A stretch of 60,477 nucleotides of DNA, filler included, from Hausera hauseri (GCA_046269625.1; 11 parts of 11 records of this genome joined end to end with filler, not necessarily neighbours in it); one strand, 5' to 3'. Shown: positions 1 through 13,000, numbered from the whole stretch's first letter. Translations and numbers: made by a program. The notes: a model not told the origin generated them from the letters alone.

Positions 1-986
1 TACAGTGTAGTTCCCAAGCTCCTAATAAGAGAATACGCTAAAGGGTTGAGAGACAAACCAGAAACGGAAATTAAAGTAAAGGTATCATCCGAATGAATGG
101 ACGACGAAGAATTTGAATGCACTACTTATACCACTGTCGCAGATATGAGACGGCGGATAATGGATATGGATGCTAAAGAAGGAGTTAATTACCGACTCTA
201 TTTCATGGGTAGGATACTAAATGAGCTAGAATCTTTAATAGACGTAGGGATCATACCCCACGAAAAAATCGAATAATAGCAAAAATCATTAGCGAACAAA
301 CCAAAGACAAAGCCATAAGGAAGGCACATACAGAACATTGCGTTGGAAAAATCATGGGGATTCAGGACGCCGCAATGTACTTTGAATACTTACAGACGGA
401 TGACGACAAACCGCAATACGATAAAAATCTAGTCCCTCTAGGTAAAACCCTGCAATCAACGAAACCAAAGCGACCGGTCGGAAGACCAAGGAAAATAAAA
501 GAAGTGGACTATAATGCAGATCTGATTAGAGAACTAAGACAACTATCAGTACCCACTCCGAGTTCAGATAATGAAGAATTAGTTAAGTTAATGAAAGATT
601 TAATAAGGATAGTTAATTATACCGGACTGCAAGGTGACATATTATCCGAGAAAGAAAGACTAATATATAATATAGCACGGACAATAAAAACTTCGCGATT
701 CAAATTATCTAAAAGTACCCTCTATGATGAAATAATAATTGATAGGATCATGATGGATAATACAATGGAAGAATTAAGGAAAGTCTTGATATATCTAGCT
801 GTAAGAATCAATCCTCTCCGAGAAAATGAATTCGACAAGACAGTCGGGTTAGCTAGGAAAACGGCGAGAAGGGTGATTAAAGAAATAAAATGCACTAAAT
901 TATTCGAAAAGGAGGACAATGCGAAAGGGACAAATAACTTAGAGGACATTGTACGAAACATCTCTTCGAGTAAAGGGAACGGACCT

Positions 987-2815
987 AATTGGTTAATCAA
1001 TCTACTGACAATAATGATGTCAGTGAAGCAGATAGGAGCAGTCACCATATACGACTGTGACAAATTCAAGGTGGGTCAGAAATACTCTCTGATGGACTTA
1101 GAAACATGTGAAGATGCAAGACCCCATAAGTTAAAAACAACAGGAAAGAAATACATACTGTACCAACAGCGTGAGTTAATCGCAATGGCTATAATAGAAT
1201 GCATGATACGTGGATCTCGCAGCATATTTCATTGTGGCAACATGCACGGTCACTCTTCAATAATCAAACCTACCACACCATTGATACCAATGAACATGGA
1301 CAGACAACATTGTTTAGTAGCCCGATCAACCGGTAAAATGGTTTAGGTCGGCATGGAATTGGAAACCCAAGAAGGAAAAATAATTAGAGCATACAAAGTA
1401 GCAGTGGAAAAATTAAATAATCACACCGGTTACTGTGTCGGAGCAGAATATGATACGGGAAAAGGAGTAGAAGGATGAATAGTTGTCGTAGATTTCTACA
1501 AAACCCAGCTAAGATCCTTAAAGGCAATGTTTCATAGCGTTACCAAACTATTCACCAAAAATCAAAAATGTCACATTCATGATGGTGCTTGCACGTTCCG
1601 ACGTTCAGTTATCGTACGAAATCCACCTTCCGAGAAGGATTGCAATTTCATCAAAATCAAAGAGTTAAAGTTTAATGAGACCACCGGAAAGCGTTATTCG
1701 AGCAAATTACATGTTAATACCAGATCAGGGGAAGATGTGATAGAACAGCCCATACCAACGATATTGATATCAGACGCACACGGGTTAAAATTTATTAGGA
1801 AAGATATGTTATCACACAGCGTTGTAGTTATGTATGCCACTAACTACGAAGCATTTTTTGTAGCGGAAACAGAAATCGATATGAAAACGCACGATCTGAA
1901 AACACAAAATGTGCGGATCAAGGATTACCTCAAAAACCGAGACGACTATTTCTATTACAAAGGGCAGACCGGGATAACAGAACTTTATCACAAAATAATA
2001 ACAAATGACTGCAGATTAGATAGTGAAGTCATGAGAACCAAACTGGCTCTGATTTACGCCAACACAGAATTGGCATCACCGAGTATACCAATGAAAGAAG
2101 GTGTTTTTGGACGGGTTATTGGAGAAGTTCTATTAACCTACGAATGCGAAAAAAGAGACGTTCCGATCAACGTAGAAGAAAAAAGATGCATGCAAGAACT
2201 ACCGGTTATTTACGAGAATATGCCAAGGCTACCGATGCCACTCGCCAAAGTATTACTGGAAAATGCGACGGAACCAACCATACTGAAGGAATGCAAGACG
2301 AGTCTGAGGGAACCAATGTTTAGACGCAGTGAAACCGACTGGATAAGTCTACCGAATTGAGGTACGGCCGCAGCTCCTAGTAAATTAACCGGGAAAAATC
2401 TAATCAATGGATTATTGGAAGATAGATTCGCAGATACAGTTAATAAAGGAATTTATAGGCCAAAAGACATAGAAGCTTTTAGGCAGTTTTTACAATTTTT
2501 ACGACAGCGAACTTATGAATTAAATCGGGCCATGTCAATGGTCATAGGCGACACCCGCTTTCAAGCGAAGTGAGAGTCGTTGCTCGGCGCTAATAATTAT
2601 CAAGGAGTAACTTCAGAGATATTGTATAAGATTTGGGGAAGGTTTTTAATTTTCGGACAAACCGCATCTGGATTTTAAGCTATCTACTTTCTAGTCCAGT
2701 TAATTAAAGCAGTAATCCAAGCTATTACAAATGGATATGAAATATTCACATTGACAGGATTCTCTTGCAAAATTTTGAGTGCAATTATTACACCCTTTGG
2801 AAAAATGCTTAAGGC
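987..2815 (+). pseudogene. Env-like fusion glycoprotein of chuvirus (Jingchuvirales) type, with in-frame stops
   Basis: Hydrophobic signal, then VTIYDC..YSLMDLETC..LYQQ..ECMI..RSIFHCGNMHGHSSII, LYHKIITNDC, GRVIGEVLLTYEC, CMQELPV, GIYRPKDIEAFR, and a C-terminal hydrophobic block IWGRFLIFGQTASGF*AIYFLVQLIK..NGYEIF..GFSCKIL. Motif order matches recalled chuvirus glycoproteins. ORFs 354, 1527 and 2751 share one frame. Confidence 0.8.
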
Positions 2816-3334
2816 CTATAAAGAAAATCGATGGAAGAATGACGTAGAATGCGACGTCGAGTACTATAACGGTAAACGACGAGGGAGACCCTTGATCCTG
2901 TATAAACGAAAAAACAAGAAGGTGATAACTTGGAGGGACAATTCAGACGATGTTGAGCCTAAGGGAGAAAAAGTGAGTTCCAGAAGAAAGATGCACAAAA
3001 CGTGTTCAGTAATTAATGCGCCACTACCCATAATGCCGCCCACAGCACCGATATATGAAGACTGCGACCGCAAATCAATTGCATCATGCAGGTCCGAAAT
3101 TTATCAGAAACCTATTACTTATGAAGATCCTTATGAAAAAACAAAGCAATACGGAGTACTACGGAAAATGAATGTTATCAACCAAGGACCAACAGAAAAT
3201 GACCACGAAATATTGTACTCAAAAGGATACCGCGTCACATAGAATCGGAATCAACGATCTGGGAAAACCAGAAACTATGTTCAGTCTCGAGTTCACTACC
3301 CCAGGAACCGCTCATTGACAGCCGCGTTACTAAA

Positions 3335-5206
3335 ATGACAAATAACCACTTGTACCCAAACGGAGAATTAAGACAATTAAGGCACGATATTATCTCATCG
3401 CCAGAGATAACAATAAATGGACATAGAGTCTCTACAACAAAGCAATCAAAGAGAGCGTCGAATTGTTTTGGGACAGTGATAGAAGGCAGACCTTTTGCGA
3501 AAATACACATTGAAGATTGGGAAGTGTATGCATTAATCGACACAGGATCAGAGAAGTCGTTTATAAAATATGAATCGATACCAATCACACCTCTAGAACA
3601 ACTATTCCCACTATTATCATCAGATCCAGGTAGCGTAGGAGCATTTGGACAAGCATCAAAGCCAAAATTTAAGTGGACTCCTATCGTTTATATGATGGGC
3701 CAAGCACTTCAACACGAATCTGCGATAATGGACCAATTAACAGATGATGTAGTACTAGGTTGCGATATATTGAAACAAATACCAGACCTGGCTATCGATG
3801 TGCATAACGGAAAATTAATTGAACTCGAACCAATAAAAGGGACAAAAGTAATAAAAGAAAGAAAATCAGGCGAAATATGGATTTCGGTAAATGAAGGCAT
3901 TCCGCCCAGAACGGAAATGAAAAATTTTGCACAAATTCGTTAAGACGAATATTTAACAGTATATTTTGAACCAATAGAGAATATCCACCCAAAGCTCATG
4001 TTTAGTAATGTCCTATCTAGAGTAGCGACGGGACGCATATTTATCAGATTAGTAAATAATGCACCAGTTCCCGTGAAATTGCACGCTAAAACTACTTTAG
4101 GTAACACTTGTAGAGTATCGGCAGTAACAAGAGAAAAAAAACCATACAAGTGTGCTGAATTTCGGCCCCATGTTGAAACCAAATTTTCTCCTGAAGCATA
4201 TTGCAAGTTCTACGAACTACTATGTAAGTACCGTTCAATAATCGCACAAAATGAGGAAGATGTAGGCACGGCGAAAGCCTTGAGATTAAGAATCCCATTA
4301 AGGAAGAAATCGATCTAGAAGAGCAGAAAATGCCTAAATGGTATCCACCTCCTCATTCACTGAGACCAGAAATAACTAAAGAGGTAGTGCGTATGTTAAA
4401 GGCTGATATAATTCGACCAAGCTACCAATCCTGGTACTCACCTATACTTATGATTAAAAAGAAAGGAACTACAAAACATCGATTTTGTATAGATTATCGG
4501 GCATTAAACACTCTGATGATGAAAGACTCGTTCCCATTACCACAAGTAAAAGAGGCATTGGATAGACTATCAGGAGCAAAATGGTTTACCACTCTTGACT
4601 TACAGCCGGGATACTGGCAGGTGGAGATCGAGGAAGAAGATCGATATAAGACAGCGTTTAAAACACACGATGGAGTATACTAATTTAATGTTATGCCCTT
4701 TGGCATCACTACAGGACCAGCTATTTTTACCAAAATGATGAATAAGATGCTTGTGGGACTTGACCATGCATTCGCGTACTTAGATGACGTGATGATAGCA
4801 TCGAAAACAAAAGAAGAACAATTAAGGGACATCGACGATACGCTCATGCGACTAGAACAAGCAGGATTGAAACTAAATCCAGAGAAATATAAATGGGCGC
4901 AGAACGCAGTATCATATCTGGGACATATAGTTGGAGAAGGAGGATAAAAGCCAGATAAATCCCTGCTGAATAAAATATCTGATTTTATAAAATCGCAAAA
5001 TCAAAAAGAGTTAAGACATGTGGTTATTATGTTACTTATGTACCGAACAATTCGAAAATTAACGCACCACTTTATCGTCTGCTTAAAAAAGGAACTAAGT
5101 GGAGATAGCGGACGTTTGTTGAAGAAAGCAGAGAAAAACTATTCAGTTACCGAATTAGAAACGTTAGCTGTTAAGGAAACACTCCGACCTTTTAACGTCT
5201 ATGTCT
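3335..5206 (+). pseudogene. pol: pol (aspartic protease, dUTPase-like spacer, RT, deleted RNase H)
   Basis: DTG protease, IPPRTE..IRLVNN..KTTLG spacer, YLDD RT. Stops, frameshifts, and an internal deletion near 5100 relative to copy B. Confidence 0.92.
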
Positions 5207-5306
5207 NNNNNNNNNNNNNNNNNNNNNNNNNNNNNNNNNNNNNNNNNNNNTTAATTAATTAANNNNNNNNNNNNNNNNNNNNNNNNNNNNNNNNNNNNNN
5301 NNNNNN
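5207..5306. other. Artificial contig spacer (N44-TTAATTAATTAA-N44); repeated at 10497, 16733, 22320, 28986, 33648, 37874, 41923, 47595, 51676
   Basis: Identical 100-nt linker with six-frame stops occurs 10 times. Adjacency across linkers has no biological meaning. Confidence 0.99.
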
Positions 5307-5607
5307 CTACTTGAAAGACGGTCCATATTTGGTTAACGAAGAAGGTGTGGCCATTTACGTACAAACTGTGAACTGGCTTGAAAGTAGACGTTATTCGCTG
5401 ATTCCGTTTACACCTTTGACATACAAACATGATACGAAATTTCTAATTCTCGGTCTTGAACGATTGACAAAAGCATTCAGTGTTAAAAATCGTCTCAACC
5501 ACATTCAACGGGAAGAATTGGGCTTGATCGAACGATCGTACGATAACCCCCACGAAGCCCTGAGTAGAATCAAGAGACATTTACTAACGAGTAGAAATTT
5601 TGAGGAA
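5307..5607 (+). pseudogene. PRPF8: PRP8 internal fragment
   Basis: [70 protein letters not shown] is close to the conserved PRP8 sequence. Homology stops abruptly at about 5607. Confidence 0.92.
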
Positions 5608-5862
5608 AAGAAATTTGGCAAGTTAGAAACGGATGTGGAATACGTTTCCCATAAAATTGAAACGAACCGAGCGAATTTGAACAAATTGGAAACCTCTCTG
5701 CTAGTAATGGAGAAGGAATTTGAAGACATAGGCGCAAAGTTAAATAAAGCTAAAAGAAATAAACAAAATCTCGAACAAGAAATAAACGAACTTTCACAAA
5801 AATTAGAATCATCCCGATCGAAAAAGAACGGACAAAAATCTTTGCAATTTGTCATGGAACAA
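5608..5862 (+). pseudogene. Coiled-coil fragment, possibly SMC4 pre-hinge arm
   Basis: Heptad-rich segment ending [20 protein letters not shown], reminiscent of the SMC4 arm just before the hinge. In frame with the PRP8 piece. Confidence 0.35.
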
Positions 5863-5864
5863 AT

Positions 5865-6440
5865 GCAGTTTAGCTATGCACCGTCATGGTGTGAACGACT
5901 CGGTAATTCTATCGTTGACGATAATAATTTTACCTTTTTAATAATTTATCTTCCGATACGACCTCATTATGGATTTATTTCTAAATCCAGTTGTATAAAA
6001 TTAATTTGAAACAAAATTCACGGGCTCACTCACTAACATTACACATGAAAAAGGTCGATAGTCTAGAGACACTCTACGAAACATACAGGCGTAACATTTA
6101 CAAATACCAGACAATGGAAGGTGCCAATGCCGAGATCCGATCGTTGACGAACGAAATGTTTGTTAACTATCTGGTGGCACAAAACTATAGTCATATGGGT
6201 CGAGTTTCGGATGCCTTAGAGCCATTGAAAACCAGCTGTATTACACACCGACTCTATTTGACCTCTATGCACTGAAAGGTCGTATTTATTACAATGCTGG
6301 GAATTGCCATTTAACGAGTAAGCGTTTAGACGAGCATAAATCAATGGACACAGCGGATCGATACATTAATTGTCTCTGCATCAAATACATGATTGAGTCT
6401 GGTCGATTTAAAAACGCTGAAGACATGGTCGCACTTTTGA
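5865..6440 (+). pseudogene. NAA15: NatA auxiliary subunit (NAA15/16) TPR fragment, frameshifted
   Basis: FVNYLVAQNYSHMG..ALE / HTPTLFDLYALKGRIYYNAG / MDTADRYINCLCIKYMI..AEDM match NAA15 YYLAQHY..TPTLIEL..KAKIYKHAG..LDTADRFINSKCAKYML. Confidence 0.82.
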
Positions 6441-6564
6441 GGGGAGATTCGACCACCCTGCAATTTGGGGCCCGCCGCGCCGGGGCGGAGGTCCCGTCCG
6501 TCAACCCTGCACCGGTCGGTCAGGCGGCGCCTTCCGCGTCGGCCCCAAAACACGCCCCAGGCAC

Positions 6565-9500
6565 TCTACGTCCCCCTCTCTATTTTCCTTTTCCTCAATA
6601 ATACACACATTTACAAACTCACTACACCACATTTACATATTGCAACCCTTCGTACCTTCATTTCTTTCTTATTTAACTCTTTCGAATTTTATCTCACCCA
6701 TAACGGCGCTACAATATCTCTCACCGGAACCCTACCATCTTTCTCAAGCCACACTTGCCTCCACATACATATCAGTATCCGTGGTGGCATGAACTCTTCG
6801 CCAACCATAGACACCACGGATAAAACCACCACAAAACCAAAATCTGTTATATTGATTCAAAAACCCAATCCTAACCATGCTAGCAACCTCCCATCCATTA
6901 CCTCTTCCGCTCCTTTCCCTAACTGCACGGAATTTTTTATTGACAACCAAGGCTCCAGCAAAACTTGGTTGCAATTCCATCATCCATGGCTACAGGCAAA
7001 TAACATCACTGACTCTTTAACTAAATCACATAATCTTCTTTTCTTACTGCCTAATAATATCAGAACACGCATTCACAACATCATCGAAGTCTTTGAACTT
7101 CCAGACCAATATTACCAACTTTCTAACGCAGTTCTTAAGATCACAGAACCTTCCATGGACACGATCATACAACGTTTCTTTTACGAAAGCGTTATAGGCA
7201 CCCAATGACAATCGGAATTCTTACGCACCTCTTTAGCACAACTACAACCCAGATCTACTGCGCCACTATTTCCTTAATGCGCTAACTATCCAAATCCGGG
7301 CCCTACTTACCGTGGTGGAGGACTCCACGTCGCTTGAGAAATTGGCCAAATTAGCCGATAGGACACACGATATCCTACACGTAAATTCTCCACCAGTTGT
7401 TTCAGCAGCAGTTGCCGCTAACGATAATACATCCATAGAACAACAGCTTAATAAGTTACGTGCTGAAAATATTGCATTGCATGCAACAATCAACAATATC
7501 AATAATGCATTAAACGAATTGTCTCTCTCCCGCGGAAGGTATTTTGCCTCTGATCGCGCCCGTTCTGCGTTTAGAAATCGCTTACCATCGCCTGCGCATT
7601 CGTCGATCTGCTATTACCACAGCAGATTTAACACTAATGCTTAGAATTTCTGCATAGGATGCAAATTTTATAACAAGAGTTTTTCCTCGGACACCGTTGT
7701 TTGCATCTACCATACAAGGTTCAAAAATCAGGCTTGTAAATGCATTCCAGATTGCATTTTCAAATCAAATACGAACGACGGACTTACTGCCTTTCCTTCT
7801 AATAGTCGTCCTAATTCACCCTTTCAAAAAAACTAAGTTTGCCGCCAGAAGTCACGGAAAACTCTGGTAAAAGCACTACTTCACTTTCTGAACGCCGGCA
7901 CGTCTCCTTTGCTGTCTTTACTCTAAAGGCTGCAATCACCGCTCCTACAACGCAATCTGTTGAGTTTCTCATCGGTACAGATGCAGCGATTTTTTTATTA
8001 CCACAAACCTTTCCTGTACAAAATTCTCCATTCAGAATTAAGCTCTTATACACTGCTTCAGGCCAACCGCTGCACATTTCTGGCATGGCTAAATTATCTT
8101 TCACTTTATCAAAATTTTCCTACACCTTTTCACTGGACGTTCACAGTCGCTAACGTCCAGATGGCAATTCTAGGATCCGAATTCCTATCACATTATAATC
8201 TACTAGTCGACTGCAGTCAACGACGTTTGAGGAACGGCACCACTGGCGACATTTCTAGATATGTCAATAGCATTTCGACTACCGCGAAGTCGACCGGAAC
8301 GCGGAGGTCAATTTTAAAAAGTCAATAAATAATTCCAATTTCCATAATAATAACAACTCTATTCGTAAATTTTTAAATAATAATATTGATATACGATCGA
8401 GGTTTAATGTCGATAATTGTGGTACTGCCATCAACGTTAATTTATTCGACTAAAATACTTCATCCAACACCATTTTCAATTCGACCATCTTACATCAAAT
8501 ACCACTTGATTGCACATCACCTAACAACTCACAAATGGCATCCGCTACCACTCAAGACGTTTCACCACTTCCACCAAATCTCCCACAGTTACCCACAACT
8601 TTACAGCAATTCGCCAACACATCATGTCCACGCGTACTTAAAAGAGACCGTACTTTTACTCCTGCAAACAGTACTTTACACCACATAGTTACACAACATC
8701 AACAACCCATACGCCAAAAGGTAAGACTCCTGCCACCTCGTCATAGACAGGCCGCAGAAGCCGAATTTCTTGAACTAGAATGTTCCGGCATAGTACACCG
8801 TTCCAAATCTTTACATGTTGTACAAAAAAGACAGTACTTTTAGACCATGCGGTGACTACCGACAGCTGAACAACTTGACTATCATGGATGGATACCCTTT
8901 ATCACTTATCAAGGATATCTTGCATCGTCTTAATTCAACCGCCATCTATTCGACCATTGATTTAGCTAAAGCATACCATCAAATACCGGTAGCACCCGAA
9001 GACATAGAAAAAAATGCAGTAACTACTCCTTTTGGTCTCTACGAATACCTATTTATGCCATTCGGTTTTCGGAATGCCGCACAAACTTTTCAGCGGTACA
9101 TTGATTCAATTCTTTCCGAATTCCCATTTGCACATCCTTATATCGACGATATTCTAATCGTTTCATCTTCAGCCAAAAAACACGAAGAACACCTTCGCGC
9201 AATATTCCAACGTCTTCACCACCATAATGTCTAAGTCAATTTCGACAAATGCAATTTCTTCAAAAAGCGCATTAACTTTTTAGACCACGTTATTTCACCA
9301 GACGGTCATTCTCCTCAATCAGACCAAGTCGAAGCTCCCAAAAACATCCAGTTGCCACGTACAACCACCGAAATGCGCAGCTTCCTGGGCACACTGCACT
9401 TTGTACATAAATATGTACCATATTGTTCGGAATTGACAGCACCATTCGCATACCTAAGCGGCGGCAAAAAACATCAGCCAATCCAGTGGACACCTGAATT

Positions 9501-10496
9501 GGTTAACAAATTTGATAAACTACGCGAAGGAATTAAAACCGTGGATATTCTAGCTTTCCCCAAGCCTGATGCAGAACTCATCCTTACTACAGACGCGTCA
9601 ACCACTGATGTAGGTGCCGTACTCCACCAAATCTACAAGGGAGAAAATCAACCACTAGAATTTTTCTCTCGCAAGCTAACAGCACCTGAAACCAGATATT
9701 CAACGTTCGATCGAGAACTATTGGCCATTGTTCTCGCTTTAAAGCATTTCTCCTACCTACTTGTCGCTCACCATTTCATTATACAAACTGATCACAAACC
9801 CTTACTTAACATCATGGCTATAAAACACCCTTCCACACGGCAAGAACGACAAATATCATACTTGTCGACATTTAACTTCGAAATTAAACACATTAATGGG
9901 GTTAACAATTTAGTTGCTGATTTTTTATCTAAGTCGGTTAGTTCGATTAATTTTTCACCGATCTTTACGCAATATCAACTTTAACAGAACCAGCCACTTC
10001 AGGACATGCTTAATTCTTTTAAATCTTGCACAATCGTTGACAGCGTGGCTTTAGACACCTTCAAACCAGGCCATTCCGTAATAATTCTAGCACCATCATT
10101 GCAAAGGCAAGCATTTTATATTGTGCATTCACTACACCACGCTGGTATGAAGCCACTTTTCGTCTACTTCATCGACAAATAATATGGCCATCAATGCGTT
10201 TTGATGTACAGGCATGGGTTAAGGAGTGTGTGGCTTGCCAAAAATACAAAATAGCTAAGCATTTAAAGCCACCACTATTCTACTTTCCCTGCACATCGCG
10301 TTTCGAATCCGTGCATATCGACATCGTTGGCCCTCTTCCTACAGACAACGGACATCAATTCATCCTTACCATGACGGACCGTTCCTCGCGATGGCCAGAA
10401 GCCATCCCTCTGCGGAGCACAAATAGCGACACTGTAGCTGACGATTTCATTCGCACATGGATTAGCAGGTTTGGATCACCTCGCTTCATCATCACG
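6565..10496 (+). mobile_element. Decayed CsRn1-like Ty3/gypsy element: Ubl-Gag (two CHCC-type motifs), PR, RT, RNase H, IN
   Basis: Gag (IRALLTVVE..LEKLAKLADRTHDI; CYYHSRF..C and CIYHTRF..CKC..C), PR remnant (FLIGTDA, ILGSEFL), RT (FRPCGDYRQLN, PYIDD), RNase H (TDAS, YSTFDRELLA), IN (HIDIVGPLP). Confidence 0.9.
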
Positions 10497-10609
10497 NNNN
10501 NNNNNNNNNNNNNNNNNNNNNNNNNNNNNNNNNNNNNNNNTTAATTAATTAANNNNNNNNNNNNNNNNNNNNNNNNNNNNNNNNNNNNNNNNNNNNTTTT
10601 GTAATCGAC

Positions 10610-10870
10610 ATGAGTGCATTTCTGAAAACTGGAATCGGTAAAAGAATTTTTTCTATAATGGAAAGTTATGTTAAGAATATTATCAAACATTCTGGTCCGT
10701 TGAGTATACATCATTTTATGAGAGAAGTTTTCACTAATCCAACAATGGTAAATATTAATTCAATAAATCCTATGGTTATTATTATGACGGGCTATTACAT
10801 GAATCAGGACGTTTTTGGTAAAACTGGTGATTTCGTTACTTCTCCTGAAATGTCTCAAATGTTCTGTGAA
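10610..10870 (+). pseudogene. NDUFAF7: NDUFAF7/MidA methyltransferase 5' exons only
   Basis: IIKHSGPLSIHHFMREVFTNP..GYY..DVFGKTGDFVTSPEMSQMFCE. A 42-nt GT intron at 10748-10789 ends in ACG (acceptor apparently broken). GTAAGT donor at 10871; no downstream exon recognised. Confidence 0.85.
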
Positions 10871-10891
10871 GTAAGTTTTTATTTAGGCATA

Positions 10892-11714
10892 TGTGTGTAC
10901 TTGTTTTGGATTCTTTTACACTCCAATGAAATCATGAATGTTATGTATCTGAATGGTATTAACTTGATGAATTACAAAACTGTTTTATCTAGAGTTCCAA
11001 ATACAATTTTGCCAAATGATGAAAATGTTATCGAATTGATATCAGAAAAACTTCAACATCCAGATGATAATACATTAATATTAATGTTTGATGGTTTTGA
11101 TGTGTTTAGCATTGGGCCGTCATCGATGGTTTTTAAATCGAAACAAAGAACCGAATTTCAACATCAGTAATATTGACAATACTCATTTTGTTTTCGAAAC
11201 TGAAGAATACCTTATAACGGCCGAAGGTCGGACGAATATTCCATCCAAGAGAATGTGTTCCAAATACTTCGTTAACGAAAATATATCGAAGAAGAATACT
11301 CGGTTTACCGTACACGATCCGAGTGTTTTTTGTATAAATTGTGAAGATTGTGAAATCGCGATTTTTTTATTAAACTTATATATGGAAACTTACTTTTGAA
11401 GTGACGTATCTATCATAGTGATATTTATTTGGTTTTTAATCGGAATTGTTAATACAAAATTTCTGGATACATATTGTTTAATTTATGCTATGTGTGTAAA
11501 AAGTATTGAATATAATATGCTATGTGACTTTGGACAATACATGAGAAATTCGACTAATAGCAGAATAAACTATTGCCGTTTTGGCATCTAAATGTTGGAC
11601 TTTATTTATTATTACAGTAAGTTGAACGAATTTTTAATGCCACAATGTGGTTATGATGATGTTATTATGTGTGTGCTTGTTTTGGAATCTTTTACACTCC
11701 AATGAAATCATGAA
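10892..11714. repeat. Pair of ~47-bp direct repeats (10892-10938 and 11668-11714)
   Basis: tgtgtg.cttgttttgga.tcttttacactccaatgaaatcatgaa occurs twice. Confidence 0.85.
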
Positions 11715-12639
11715 ATTCGTAAACAATCGTTTTACGTCCAATTATTTTGACCTCGTTAAGTGACAAAAAAAATTACAAAATCGTTTTATTTTAATGTAAA
11801 ATAAGGTGTTGGGAAATTTCGGAATATATGCCATATATTTTTTGAACGTAACAAAATTAACAAAAAGTCAATTTAACACTCTGCTTTACTTTTTGTCATT
11901 TATGACGAATGTAAAATGTCTAATTTATAAATATGAAGAGAAAAATGTTCATTTTCCATAAACTCAATAATTTTAGCTTATTCTTCATTGACTATGAAGA
12001 TTTGTTAAATAATGTAAGACATCCTATAAGCCTTTATACAGCTCATAGTTCCTTGTTAGTTGCTAGTTTCATCGAAACCTGTTACAGTAAAAAATGTAAA
12101 AAAAAACAATTTGAAAAACCAAAATATCAATATTTTTATTCGTTTCAACAAAAGATTTAAATGACAAATTTTGTTGCTGCGCATGTACTATCGACAAATA
12201 TGTGACAGAATCCACATTTTTGGCCAAAATTTTAAAAATATCAAACAGAAGTTTGATCTCCGACAATAAACCAAAATATCAACATCGTATTTATTATTGT
12301 TCAAAATTAATGAACCGTAAAATTGTTTATTGAAAGGGATATAAATTTTTTACATTCTTCTATAATTGATAGAATTAAAAACAGTTCCAGTTGATGCCGG
12401 GTATTGTTATCATCCTGTTAGTGTGATCAATATCAGAAAACCAAAACCGAATGAACTAACCTGCTTATTTATTAATCAAACCGCTGCTTATTATGATCAA
12501 TTTAACCGGAAGGTTCTCTTACCCACTCCACTTTAGACAATTATTTGAAACCTTTTAATTAACTAGAACATTATATATTAAATAGATGTCATTTCATTGA
12601 ATCTAAGTAATGGTCACACTTTGGTCTTCCTTAAATCAT

Positions 12640-13000
12640 TTCCGCAGGTAATGTTTGAATTGTTTTCTGGCAAATAATATTTACCATAAATTTAATTTCT
12701 GGAAGAATTTCTTATGTTTTATCTATTAAACGAATACGCAATGTATACCTTATCGTTCTGAACTGCCATTCCACTTGTCCATTTTCTGAATGAAGATATG
12801 AACTTGAATATACAATTGTGCGACCATAATTTACCGCAAATGATCTCATCAAGTTTTCTTTGAATCATTTACCCCTATTATTATGAATTAATCTTGTGAC
12901 AGCAGTCTTCTCTTCTTGGTTCGATGTTGTTTTCATAGAAGTATATTTTTTTTCCTGATTGAATATAGCATAATTGTACTTCTTCCCATTAAAAGTGGGC
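12640..13000 (-). mobile_element. Degenerate retrotransposon integrase core fragment
   Basis: IHNNRGK*FKENLMRSFA..IVYSSSY..NGQVEWQFRTIR..LPEIKF resembles rve (D.G.F..NG.VER) and the integrase at 21050. Confidence 0.55.

Larger units (their letters stand above)
1..5206 (+). mobile_element. Decayed Ty3/gypsy LTR retroelement, copy A: Ubl, AT-hook, chuvirus-like glycoprotein, PR, RT, partial RNase H (both ends off-contig)
   Basis: PR ALIDTGSEKSFI; RT WYSPILMIKKK, RFCIDYRALN, LDLQPGYWQV, MPFG, AYLDDV; RNase H EKNYSVTELETLAV. Collinear with 54500-59900 (minus). Confidence 0.93.

Noticed and set aside
722-1069. Antisense ORFs over retroelement and polB genes (also 59058-59387, 44579-44884, 39322-39813 and others)
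   Set aside because: Shadow frames of coding sequence with no independent motifs.
3215-3245. Programmed -1 frameshift between env and pol
   Set aside because: No canonical slippery heptamer, and copy B is in frame here. A 1-nt loss in an A-run is simpler.
1-5206. Alternative genetic code explaining the many in-frame stops
   Set aside because: TGG is used normally, and stops align to varied residues in the sister copy (Gly, Leu, Glu, Ser, Trp), with frameshifts too. This is decay.
5207-5306. Recurring TTAATTAATTAA motif and ORFs running into X
   Set aside because: Artificial concatenation linker.
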